64,000 nt of DNA from the human T2T-CHM13v2.0 reference genome, Homo sapiens: the NCBI RefSeq assembly GCF_009914755.1, contig NC_060925.1, one strand, 5' to 3'. Shown in pieces: positions 30,599 through 44,140 of the stretch; within the stretch, counting starts at the first letter, position 1, and each line of letters starts with the position of its first letter. The translations under genes were made by a program, and so were the position numbers. Below the pieces are notes generated by a model. The model did no database searches. It was not told the DNA's origin and saw only the letters and a program-made list of their open reading frames with translations.

Positions 30599-31938
30599 CT
30601 GCTGCATAGCTGTTGAAGCTTCTTTCACCAACATACAATTTTCTTCTCTTCTATAGTGGATCTCTGGTTTCCTGGGTACAACATCTTCTTTCCTGGTGCA
30701 TTAGCCTCATTGGGAAATACATCTTCCAGAAAATTCCAAATAAAAAAAATCCATAGAAAACAAATTTTTGACATTTGGTGTATCTAGATTTATGTTTATT
30801 CCATTTTCATATGTTACTGATAGTTTGGAAAGGAATACTTTTTCTCAGTACTGCACTCAGAAGCTTTGTGCTAGTCTGCCTACAAGGGGTGTTGACAAGT
30901 GAAAAAAGTATCTTAGTACAGTTTCACCTTGAATTGCTTTAAAATGAGGCTGAGCATATTTGTTTTTACTTTCCTGTAATATGTCATAATCTATTCATAT
31001 GCTTTACCAATTTTTCTATTTGACTGTTGGCTTTTGATTTTGTATTTGTAGGAACTCCTTATGTATTAAAGAAATCAGTACGCTTCCCTTTTTAAATGGT
31101 AGGAATTGCTAATATTTTACACCAAGGCTCACGCTCATGTAGGCAACTTGACAGTCTCTTTTAAAATAAAAAATATACTCTACTCTATCTAGTAATTTTT
31201 ATTTATAGTATTTATCCAGAAGACATATTCACACTTGCAGGGAACATCTCAGAAACAAGGATATTCATTGCAGAATTGTGTGTAAATAGCAAGAATGGAG
31301 GCAATCTAAATGTTCCTCAATATGATCTAGATAAATAAATCATGATTTACTTATTCAGTGGAATATTATGCAGGTGTATATAAAGAATGAGGCAGCTCTA
31401 AACATACTGATAAGGAAAGATCTCTAAGATGTAAATTTTTAAAGTCGAAAAAATGTTTCAGAATAGTGTGCATAATAGTTACCACTTTTGAATCAAAAGA
31501 AAAACTATATATATATAATCAATATATGTCTTTGAACATCTCTGAAAAAATATGTAATTAACTGGTAAGATGGTTTGCCTCTGGAACATGGAACTCAGTA
31601 GCTGGAGAGCAGGAGTAAAAAGTATATGCTTTTTATCTTTATGACACCCCCTCCAAGTAGACATAGTATAAAGTTTACAAGTACAGTACTGAGAAAAAGC
31701 ATTGCTTTCCAAACTATCAATAACATGTGAAAATAGAATAAACATATCTCTGAATACACAATATATTAAAAAAAAGTGTTTCCTATGGATTTTTTTCTCT
31801 GGAACCTTCTGGAAGGTGTATTTCCTGATGAGGGAATATATCAGGAAAGAAGATATGGGATCTAGGAAACCAGAGATCCAATATAGGAGAGAATTACATA
31901 TTGGTGAAAGAAGCCCCAAGCCAATAGCTATACAGCAG
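30599..31938. repeat. Diverged inverted repeat (arms ~30599-30911 and ~31624-31938)
   Basis: The arms are reverse complements along their whole length, e.g. tggatctctggtttcct / aggaaaccagagatcca and tttttctcagtactg / cagtactgagaaaaa. Confidence 0.88.
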
Positions 31939-33033
31939 CTTTATTGATATATAATTTACATCCTCTGAAATTTATCAGTATTAAGTGTTTAATTCAATGA
32001 ATTTTAATATATTTACAGAGTTGTACCATCATCACCACAATCTAATTTTAAAACATTTCCATCATCCTGAAGCGAAATTTGTGCCCATTTACAGTTATTC
32101 CCCATTCCCACTCCCAGCTCTAGGTGACCACTTTACTTTCTATCTCTACATATTTGTTTTTTCTGGAAATGTTGTATGTGATTTCATGTCTTTTGAATTT
32201 GTTCTCCTCTATTTTGTGTTTTGATCACTTATTCAAAAGTAAAATACTATCTAATTGATCTTATTATGATTCCTTCTTCTCAAATGAAGAAACTACAGGC
32301 TGAAAAATGTAAATGATGTCTTTGGTAGTATAAGCAGTCAAGAGGTGGGGCTAAGAATAAAATCAGAACATTATGAACCAAATCCTACTTCCTATTTTTA
32401 TTGCATAAATATTAGGCCTCATTTTGGCTTAGCATACACTGAAATTTAATCATTGTTCACATAAGTGTAAATCTCTGTAAAAGGTCAAAACATTTACCAT
32501 TCAGATGGGAAAGAACAAATCATTATACTGCAAAAAGATATGGGTATGAAAATAATACTGTACAGGCACTTCACTTTTTATTGCCTTATTTTGTTAGGAA
32601 TCCATAAACACTAATAGAATCTTGTCATATATTACAAAGGTTGGCCATCTGCTAATGTTGAGATTAATAATCTATCCCATGGTTAACTCATAAAATCATA
32701 CAAATTTAGATTTGGATAGAGGTTTAGAAATTTATCTATGACATTTTCCCAGATTTATTCCTGTAGATACCAGCCAATCTAATTACTTTAGTGACACGTT
32801 TAACCTTTGTGAAAAATCTCTATATAGATTTATTTTTATGAATATTGTTGGCTGTTAAAATCTAAGCTACAAATTTGTGGCCTGTTCCTTCTCAAACGAA
32901 TAATAGTAATAACAAAAATAATAAGCATGATGATAACACTCTTTGCTAAGTATTTACTGTAAGTAAGTAGTTACTGAGCTAGGGAGGTGCCTTAGATACG
33001 TTAAGGTATTTAATTCACAGTCATCTAGGATGA

Positions 33034-33346
<313 letters not shown>

Positions 33347-33972
33347 AAAGGCCCTATTTTTAATCCTATATTCAGCAAAGGAAAGTTTCCTGGAGAGGTT
33401 AATGAACATGCCTAATGTCACACAGGTATTAAACGAAAGAGCTCAAATCTGAATCCAGGCTTTAATCAATATGCTTTTGTGTACACTGTTGCATTAGCCT
33501 CATTCCTGACTCATGCTATGCTTTGTCCTCTTGTTTTATTCTTATTTCACTTCATGTCTTAATCTAGTACTTTATGTGCCTTGACTTGTAAATTACCTTG
33601 CATTTTTCCAAGAAACTGTTAGCTTAAATAAGCAAGCAGATTAACTATTGTATGTTTGTGGTCTTGTACCGTATTCGAAAAAAAAATAAAGAAAAATGTG
33701 TTTTTGTGAACACTGTAATTTCTTCTGCTGCCTAAGGACAAGCTTCCCTCCTCATAGAATGGTTTGTCTTTGCCAAGATAAAGTGAGAACCAATCAATCA
33801 ATATCGATCGAGCGAATGTGGGGAATACCAAGAATTAATACCATAGTTCCCGCCCTTTGGTAGCTTGCACATTCAATTGTTGAGTGAAAACACATGTATG
33901 AAACCACAAATATGTGAAAAGTGATTATTAGTGGCACTAATAACAGATCCTTTATTTTAAGGTTTAAGGTGA

Positions 33973-34306
<334 letters not shown>

Positions 34307-34453
34307 TTTTTTTTTTTTTTTTTTAACGATTGACAATCCCATAGGCAAATCAAGAATTTGTAAAAATTTGGGTGCTTTGAAGAGTTCTATAGCAAAGTGT
34401 TTGGACAAGATGCTCTTTAAGGGTCTATCCAATTTAAAAGTAATATTATTTAT

Positions 34454-34746
<293 letters not shown>

Positions 34747-35913
34747 TTCTAAAAATTATACACAATATCATTTAGTATATGAAATTCCAATTAGCAAAGG
34801 ATAAGAGCTTTGCCTGAAGGAGACACAGAAAAACCCAGAGTGAGTATTGAGAGTAACTGGAGGGACACAGGGAGTATTTGTCATTTTTCAGAATTAGAAG
34901 TGCATTTGTCCTTGTGTGTGTTGGGGGTGGAGGTGAAGGGTGCAGGAGAAGGATGGGTACTGGCAAAGTCGCTACTCACTGAGCAAATTTTCAAGCGGGT
35001 GCCTTTCCCAATTTTGTTGAGCCTCTGATAAAAACACGTTGAAGTAAAATGTCCACTATAGTATCAAGTAAAAATTGAGACCGTAAGATATAGCAAAGGG
35101 AGTCAATTTGCATAGCCCATTTTAATGCTTCTACTTTCTCTAACCAATCTGAAGACTCAGTTGTTCCCACTCCCATCTCCACTTTCCCTTTCATGCCTCC
35201 AAATGTTAAACTCCAACTATTGTAGCATTTTAACACATGGCTCCATTTGTGTCTATTTCCACCTAGCGTATTGTGAATATTTTCTACAGGCGCACACTAA
35301 TCACCAACTGAAGTGAGAATCACATTTTCCTCCACTTGGCTTGGTACTACAGGTCTTGAAGCAAAAGCCTGTATTTCAGTCTGAGGAGTTCTACTTGCTT
35401 GAGAAAGTACTGTTGTTACCAAGTGGTCTCGTTCAGTGGGGTAAAGATTTTTGTTTTAGAGGCTGGAGCCGGTCTGCAAATAAAAGATGGCTTAGGAGAA
35501 AAGCTATCCAATGTTTTTTCCTTGGCCCGCATAGGTTGACGGTAGCCAAGCTGGTACTTGGCTTGGAGTGAAAAGTGGAGGCTGCCTGGGGGCGTCCTGC
35601 AGTCAGGGCAGAGAGAGTGTGGAGAGCTGTTGGGAGGTGTCCCACCCACGCCCCCCCAAGGAGGGGAAACCAGGTCGCCGCGGTCTGCAGCAGAACGCCA
35701 GGTTCCAGAGGACGGCAGGCGGAGGGCGGAGGGAGAAAGGCGCGCGGAGGCGCGGAGGAGGCGTCGGCTGCGGCGCCCACTCCCCCTAGTCCCAGCGCCC
35801 TGCCGCTCGCCTCCCGCTGCCGGGCGCCGGCGCGCTCGGCTCTTTCCGCCGCCGCCGCTGCCGCGCGGTGGCCCGTGCGCCTCGGCACCTTCGGCAATTT
35901 CCGTCGGGCCCCA

Positions 35914-35924
35914 GCCGCCATTTT
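35914..35924 (+). promoter_or_regulatory. YY1 motif GCCGCCATTTT near the probable TSS
   Basis: Exact match to the YY1 consensus (CCGCCATNTT), ~70 nt upstream of the ATG. This position and orientation are typical of CpG-island 5' UTRs. Confidence 0.7.
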
Positions 35925-35993
35925 CTCGCCGCTTGTGTGGCTCGCTGGCTGCGTGGCTCGGTTCTTGTGAGCGAAGCTTTGTCCGGTTCGGCA

Positions 35994-36001
35994 ATGGACG
36001 G
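35994..36001 (+). CDS. PTBP2: PTBP2 exon 1 coding part (ATG GAC GG, phase-2 end)
   Basis: GCA-ATG-G (G at -3, G at +4) at the 3' end of a GC-rich UTR, followed by donor CGG|gtatgt. Joined to exon 2 it gives MDGIVTEVAVGVK, the N-terminus I recognise for PTBP2. Confidence 0.96.
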
Positions 36002-37692
36002 GTATGTAATCGGGCCGGCGAGAAGGTGTGTGTGAGAGAGGAGTTGGACCGTCCTTCGGCCCGGTCCCGGGCCGGGGAGAAACCCTCCCGCGGCCCCTCC
36101 CAGGGCTGGGCTGCCGTTACCCAACCCCCGCCCCATCGCACACACCCCTCCCTTTGCTTCCCCCGGCGGGCTTTGGTCGAGAAAATGAGAAGAAAGCGGG
36201 CTTGGAGGCTGGGGAGGCATAGGGGCGATGGCGGGGGTGAGGATCCCGGAGTGGGAGCGGGCACCGGCTTGGCGGCGGGGGATGGGGTGGGAACCCCATA
36301 ACGTCTCCCCGGTCTGTCCCTGCCCCCTCTAGGAGCCATTTCGATCCGTACCTTGGGACCCGACCCTTGGGTTAGCGGTGCCTGTGAGAGCGAGTGGGAT
36401 GGGCAGAGACAGGCCTTTGGATTGGGGGAGCCTCTAGGGGAAGAGGAGAGAGGCACCCCATGTGGACCCCAGCCATGAGCAACCTCTCCGGCCTCGCCCG
36501 GCCCTCCGTGGTCGGGAGAGATGCCGGTGGCGGGAGCTCCGGGGAAAGCCTAGTGGGAGCCGCTGGGGAAGGGGGGAGGGCGTGCGGCGGCGGGAGGAAG
36601 GGGGAGGGCAGATGTCATACTCCTTTGTTTTCATTTGAGTCTGGTAGTGGGGGCGGGAGGGAGGAAAAAATGCCTTTTTGTGGGGACTGAAAACATTCAA
36701 GGCTTGGCAAAAGGGCCCAGAAATTAAATCATCTAAAAAACGAAGTGTTTGAAGCCGACATCAGTCACATGGGCAAAGGCCAACAGCAATGGCAGAAACA
36801 AGAGCAGATAGTCAACAAAGGGCTATCTCTTTAGCTACTTTGGTCAGTTTCTGGAAAAACGACTATAAAAACCCAGAACCATGCTGCATCTTTGCGAACC
36901 TGAGTCAAGACGGAATGCTGAGTGAGGTGAGAGGCAAGACTGTGAAATGGTAGGGACCGATGTCTCTCTCATATGCTTCACACCTGAAAAGACTCAGTAA
37001 TTTAACTCAATGTTAGAAAGGGGGCACGCTTAAGGTCAAAAATACAGCAGTATGCAGCTCTTTTGGGAGTGTAAACATAGTATCATTTAACAAGTACATT
37101 TATTAAAATCAGTGAGTATTTGAAGAATCAAAAATTTGGTTAAGCGCCTAGAGTTTGGTGTGTTTTAAAAGGTACTAAAAACAAGATTTTATAAAAGTTA
37201 ACACAGTCTCACAGAATTCAAATCATCCTAGATGTTACCTAAAGATTATTTTCCAGATGAAACAAATCCAGAGAAGTTCAGTATTCCCCCCAGATCAACA
37301 CGGAAATTGATGTCAAAACTTGCACTAGAATTCATGTTTCCTGATTCCTGGTTCCTGTGGAGACTACTAAAGAGTTTAAGCGTTAAATTATTAATCTCAG
37401 TATACTGGCATTGTAGAAATGGCATAGTGTTTTGGGTTTTGTTCTTTTTGGCTATTGAATGTGTTGTTAAAAAATACCACAAGTTGTCTCACATTTGAAA
37501 GTTACTTTTAGAAAACCAGGTTGGTAACAGTACAGGTAAGTCACGGATCATCTGTGGTATTTTTTATCCCCATCTGTGTGTGAGTGGCTGGAAGATTTAT
37601 GAATGATGGACTATCCTAAAAAGTTTTAGAGCCAAAGAGTGAGTGATTAGAAGAATAACAGGAAGTTGAAACTACTTATTTTTTCTTTGCAG

Positions 37693-37723
37693 AATCGTCA
37701 CTGAGGTTGCAGTTGGCGTGAAG
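37693..37723 (+). CDS. PTBP2: PTBP2 exon 2 (31 nt; G-I-V-T-E-V-A-V-G-V-K)
   Basis: Acceptor cttattttttctttgcag|, sequence AATCGTCACTGAGGTTGCAGTTGGCGTGAAG, donor AAG|gtagga. In frame with exon 1. Confidence 0.96.
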
Positions 37724-38374
37724 GTAGGAAAATACTATGTTTGAAACTGGGATTGTTGGATCTATTATCATAATTACTGGAAAATTTTAGCTTTTGCTTT
37801 TGAAAACTATAACGTAGCTAACAAAACCCAAGTGTAAAATGTTTCCTTTCATTTGTAAAGTTGGACCATATAAACAGTTTGTAATCACCATAAGTTTTTC
37901 TAGAACTGTCAGTCTGTAAGAATAACCTTTTAAAGTAAGTATGAATGATCAAGAAATTGAAAATGCTTTCACACATGGCTTCTTGTAATATAAAACGATA
38001 CCCCAATTTTCTGAGGGGAAATAATGATTTTAAATGGATGGTAAGTGGTTTGACCTATATCTTATAATTTTGTTAATCTAAGTTTTTTGTTTTTTATTAC
38101 TTTTTGTCATGAAAATGAATATATTTTGGTTAATAATAAAGCACATTAGAAATGAATTACACTGATCCTTAAAAAGGAAGTTGTTGAGGCAGTTAGCTTC
38201 AAATTTGAATTAGAAGTTAAGAGCTGGTTTGTCTATTAAAGAAAGTCTTTATGGTAGAGATCCTTTGGAATCCTTCCTTTTTGGCTAAGAAAACTGCTCA
38301 TCTTTTAAACTTTAGTTCTAATGCTTAACATTTTCTTGAGTACTTGCAACTTTTAATGTCATGATGTATTGTAA

Positions 38375-38693
38375 TTTTTTTTTGTTTTTTGTTTTTTTGA
38401 GACGGAGCCTCACTCTGTTGCCCAGGCTGGATGCAGTGGCACGATCTTGGCCCACTGCAACCTCTGCCTCCTGGGTTCAAGCAGTTCTCCTGCCTCAGCC
38501 TCCTGAGTAGCTGGGATTACAGGTGCGCACCACCACGCCCAGCTAATTTGTATTTTTAGTAGAAATGGCATTTCACCCTGTTGGTCAGGCTGGTCTCAAA
38601 CTCCTGACCTCATGATCTGCCTGCCTCTTATGATCTGCCTGCCTTGACCTCCCAAAGTGCTGGGATTACAAGTGTGAGCCACCGTGCCCGGCC
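38375..38693 (-). mobile_element. AluS
   Basis: TSD TGTATTGT; internal ATGATCTGCCTGCCT duplication. Confidence 0.93.
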
Positions 38694-38806
38694 TGTATTG
38701 TCATTTTTCATTTGCAAGCCTCTCTGTCCTGAGAGGCTTTCTGCTTAGTCCAGTGATGCTGACTGTTCAAACATTTTTTCGAATTCTTAAAATTGTATCC
38801 ATAATG

Positions 38807-38997
38807 GGGGGAGGGGGAAGGGATAGCATTGGGAGATATAGGGGGGAGGGGGGAGGGATAGCTTTAGGAGATATACCTAATGCTAAATGACAAGTTAATG
38901 GGTACAGCACACCAACATGGCACATGTATACATATGTAACAAACCTGCACGTTGTACTCATGTACCCTAAAACTTAAAGTATAATAATGATAATAAT
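38807..38997 (+). mobile_element. Young L1PA (PA2/PA3-like) extreme 3' fragment with duplicated G-rich 5' junction
   Basis: ggagatatacctaatgctaaatgac..catgtaccctaaaacttaaagtataat. 16-bp TSD AATTGTATCCATAATG. Confidence 0.93.
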
Positions 38998-39430
38998 AAT
39001 TGTATCCATAATGATGTGGTGTTCTTTCAAATACTTTTGGGGATGGTACTGTGTTTTCTTGCTTATTTTCTGTCCTCTTTCCTATAGTGAAATAGATATT
39101 TGCCCATTCTTTAGGCTTGTTTCTTGAGTTCATTTTGTACAGACTAAAGGAGGAATAATACGCTCTTTTTGGTGATAGTATTTTCCAAGTTGAGTTAGTC
39201 ATGGGATTTAAAATCAGGAATAGCTAAAGATTGCAAAATGGTAGATGTTGTAGGTTCCATCCAAACAGATTTCTGTAAATTTTGTAAAAGAATAAATGAT
39301 ACAAGTGTGAGTTGTCGACTGTTAGTGGAAAAGGAGAGGAGTTTGTAGACAAGGCTCAGAATGAGTAGACAGGAAAAAACTGAGGAGACTTGGAATAGGA
39401 TGTCCAGGTGTAATGTATTGGTTACACCAG

Positions 39431-39664
39431 TTTTTTTTTTTTTTTTTTGAGACAGAGTCTCACTCTTCGCCCAGGTGGAGTGCAGTGGCACGATCCTGGC
39501 TCACTACAAGCTCCGCCTTCCGGGTTCACTCCATTCTTCTGCCTCAGCCTCCCGAGTAGCTGGGACTACAGGCGCCCACCACCACGCCCGGCTAATTTTT
39601 TGTATTTTTAGTAGAGACGGGGTTTCACCGTGTTAGCCAGGATGGTCTTGATCTCCTGACCTTG
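39431..39664 (-). mobile_element. 5'-truncated AluY
   Basis: TSD TGGTTACACCAGTTTTTT. Confidence 0.94.
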
Positions 39665-39926
39665 TGGTTACACCAGTTTTTTGTTAGTTGTTTGAGGAGA
39701 ACACTTTAGAAGATGATAAAAAAAAATTGCAAATCGTTTTTAAAAATCCATTGTTTAATATAAAAGTCTGAATAATTAAAGTTAATTTAATTTTCTGGAA
39801 TAATGGTTAAGAATTTTTGCTTTGGTGTCAGGCCTGTGTACAAGTAATTAAGTGTTCTTTAAAACTTAAAACATTTGTGAATTTGCTTTAAAGACACTGA
39901 TGCATGTGCATATTTAAAAAAATTCA

Positions 39927-40231
<305 letters not shown>

Positions 40232-40361
40232 CAAACTGCTTCACAGCTTTTTTTGCTATTTCTTAGGTGTAGGTAATTGTGTTAAAATTTTGTGCCTTTT
40301 TTCTTGAAATTATTAATTTATATATTAGCACACATATAAACATCTTTATTTACGTGATTGA

Positions 40362-40999
<638 letters not shown>

Positions 41000-42115
41000 C
41001 ATATCTTGCCTTTAAAAAAAATAGCTTTATTGAGATATAATTTGACATAAAATAAACTACCCATATTAAATATACAATGTTTTATCTCATATATACCCTT
41101 GTGAAACCACTGCAATCAAGATAATGAACATCTATCACTCCCTACAGTATCATCTTGCGCCTTTATAGTCCCTCCTTTCTGCTTTTCTTTCCCCAAGGAA
41201 CCACTGATCTGCTTTCTGTCACTATAGATTAGTTCACACTTTTTAGAATTTTAGATAAATGTAATCATATGGTATGTACATTTTTGGTCTGGGTTAGTCC
41301 ACTCAGAATAATTATTTTGAAATTCACCCATGTTGTCTTTCAATAGTCCATTCTGTTTTATTGCTTAGTAATAGTACACTTTATGGCTATACAGCAATTT
41401 GTTAATCCATTCAAGTCTTGAGGGACATTTGTATTGTTTTCCGTTTTGAGCTAATAAAAATATAGTTGTGAACATTACTGTACAAGTCTTTGTATGGACA
41501 TATGCTTTCATTTCTCTTGGTGGGGCAGGCTATGATTGGAAAGTCTGGATCATGTGATAGGCATATGTTTAACTTTTTAAGGAACTGCAAACTTTTTAAA
41601 AGTAGTTGTACCATCTTACATTGCCATCAGCATGGTATGAAATTTCCAGTCCTTCCACATCCTCTTTAATGCCTGTTATCTTCTGTTTTTGATTATAGAT
41701 ATTGTAGTGTATATGAAGTGATATTTCACTGTGGATTTAATTTGCATTCCTCTAATATCTATGATGTTGGACATCTTTTCGTGTGCTTTTTGTCAGCTGT
41801 TATCTTTGGTGAAGTGTCTGTTTATATCTTTAGCCCAATTTTTTATTTGGTTATTTATTTTAAATTGAGTTTTGAGAGGTCTTCATTGTGGTTACAAGTC
41901 CTTTATCAGCCATAAGGCCTGCAAATATTTTCTGCCACTCATCTTCTTATTCTCGCATTGTCTTTTGAAGAGCAACAGTTATTAAATCTGATGGACTCCA
42001 GTTTACCAATTTTTTCTTTTATGGATTGTAGTTTTGGGGTCTTGTCTGAGCCATTTTTGCCTGACTGTAAGCCATGAAGATTTTTTTCCTTTTGTTTGTT
42101 AATAATAATAATAAT

Positions 42116-42403
42116 TTTTTTTTAGAGACAGGACCTGACTCTGTCACCCCAGCTGGAGTGCAGTGGTGCAATCGTAGCTCATGATAACCTTGAACTCCTG
42201 GACACAAGGGCTCCTGCTTCAGCCTCCCAAGTAGCTAGGACTATAGGCACACAGCACCATGCCCAGCTAACTTTTAAATTTTTTATAGACCCGGGGTCTC
42301 TCTGTTTTGCCCAGGCTGGTGTTGAACTCCTGGCCTCAAGCGATCTTTCTGCCTCAGCCTTCCAAAGTGTTGGGATTAAAGGCATGAGCCACTACACTTG
42401 GCC
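42116..42403 (-). mobile_element. AluJ
   Basis: Diverged dimer. Confidence 0.9.
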
Positions 42404-43159
42404 ACCTTTGTTTTCTAATAGAAGTTTTATACTTTGGTTTAACATTTGGGTCTCTTTCATTTTGACTTAATATTTTGAATATGGTACAAAGTGTGGGTCA
42501 GAAGTATTTGGTTTTGCATGGGGATATCCAGTGTTTACAGCATCATTTGTTGAAAAGACTATCCTTTCTCCATTCACTTGGCTTTGCAGCTTCATGAAAA
42601 ATCACTTATGTCTGTATGTGTGATTTTATGTCTGTACTCTTTTTTGTATTGACCCATTTTCCTTTATCTAGATGCTGGAAACATACTGTCTTAATCATTG
42701 TAGCTTTATATTGAGTCTTGAAACCACTTACTTAGTCTTGGCCCTCCAACTCTGTTCTTTTTCAAAGTTGTTTTTAACTCTTCTGAGTCCTTTGTATTTT
42801 CATATGAGTCAGTTCTTAGAAAAACTGCTTGGATTTTACTGGATTTGACTTGAATCTGTAGAGCAAATTTGGGGAAAATTGGCATCATGACTACAATTGA
42901 TGTCTCTATTAGGTCTTTAATTTCTTTAAGCATTTTTTTTTTTTTTTCAGTGCACACGTTTTGTGCATTGTTTGATTAGATTTACCCATAAGTATTTTAT
43001 GTATTTTGAAGTACTGTAAATGATATTTTAAAAACTTAATTTCCAATTGTTTGCTAGTGTATAGAAATGATTATGGCATATTGCTCATATGTTCTGAACC
43101 TTTGCTAAACTCATTTAGTAGATCTAATAGTTTTTTTTATATATTTCATCAGATTTGCT

Positions 43160-43438
43160 TGAGAGGGAGTCTCAGTCACCCAGGCTGGAGTGCAGTGACG
43201 TGATCTTGGCTCACTGCAACCTGCACCTCCTGGGTCAAGCAATTCTCCTGCCTCAGCCTCATAAGTAGCTGGGACTGCAGGTGCACACCACCACGCCCAG
43301 CTAATTTTTGCATTTTCAGTTGAGGCAGGGTTTCACCATGTTGGCCAGGCTGGTCTGGAACTCCTGACCTCAAGTGATACACTTACCTAGGCCTCCCAAA
43401 GTGTTAAGATTACAGGCGTGAGCCACCACCCCCAGCCT
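43160..43438 (-). mobile_element. AluS lacking a tail
   Basis: Dimer body with no T tract. Confidence 0.9.
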
Positions 43439-43840
43439 ATGCCATTAAATTTTCTACATAGATAATTTATACCCAATTGTTTTTAAATAGTTTTCTTTCT
43501 TTTCTATCTGGATGCCATTTTTTGTCTCCTTTTTTTGTCTGTGGTATCCAGTACAATGTTTAATAGAAGTGTTGAGAGAATATCTTTTCCTTGCTCCTGA
43601 TATTAGGGTGAGAACTCTAAAATTTCTTCCTTAACTGACACAGTTCACTAGTGAAGCCATGTGGGGCCAGATGTTTGTTTTGTCGGGAGGTTTTAAACTA
43701 CATATTCAACTTATTTAATAGATATAGGGCTATTCAGTTTGTTTAGTTCTTCTTGAGTGAACTTTGGTAATTTGTATCTTCTGTAGAACTAGTCCATTTC
43801 CTTTAAGTTGCTGAATGTATTTGTGTAGAGTTGTTCATGA

Positions 43841-44140
<300 letters not shown>

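Larger units (their letters stand above)
35560..36670. promoter_or_regulatory. PTBP2: CpG island / PTBP2 promoter
   Basis: Abrupt very high GC and CpG density against an AT-rich background. Contains GC boxes, a (GCC)n run and exon 1. Confidence 0.95.

Noticed and set aside
31479-31919. 146-aa minus-strand ORF
   Set aside because: Lies in decayed L1-like sequence within the inverted-duplication arm; the partner arm has no matching ORF in the track.
35416-36456. 346-aa minus-strand ORF and overlapping 247-, 162-, 144- and 131-aa ORFs
   Set aside because: Stop-codon depletion in the GC-rich CpG island. Low-complexity Pro/Arg/Gly/Ala content with no recognisable domain. The true PTBP2 frame is a different, spliced one.
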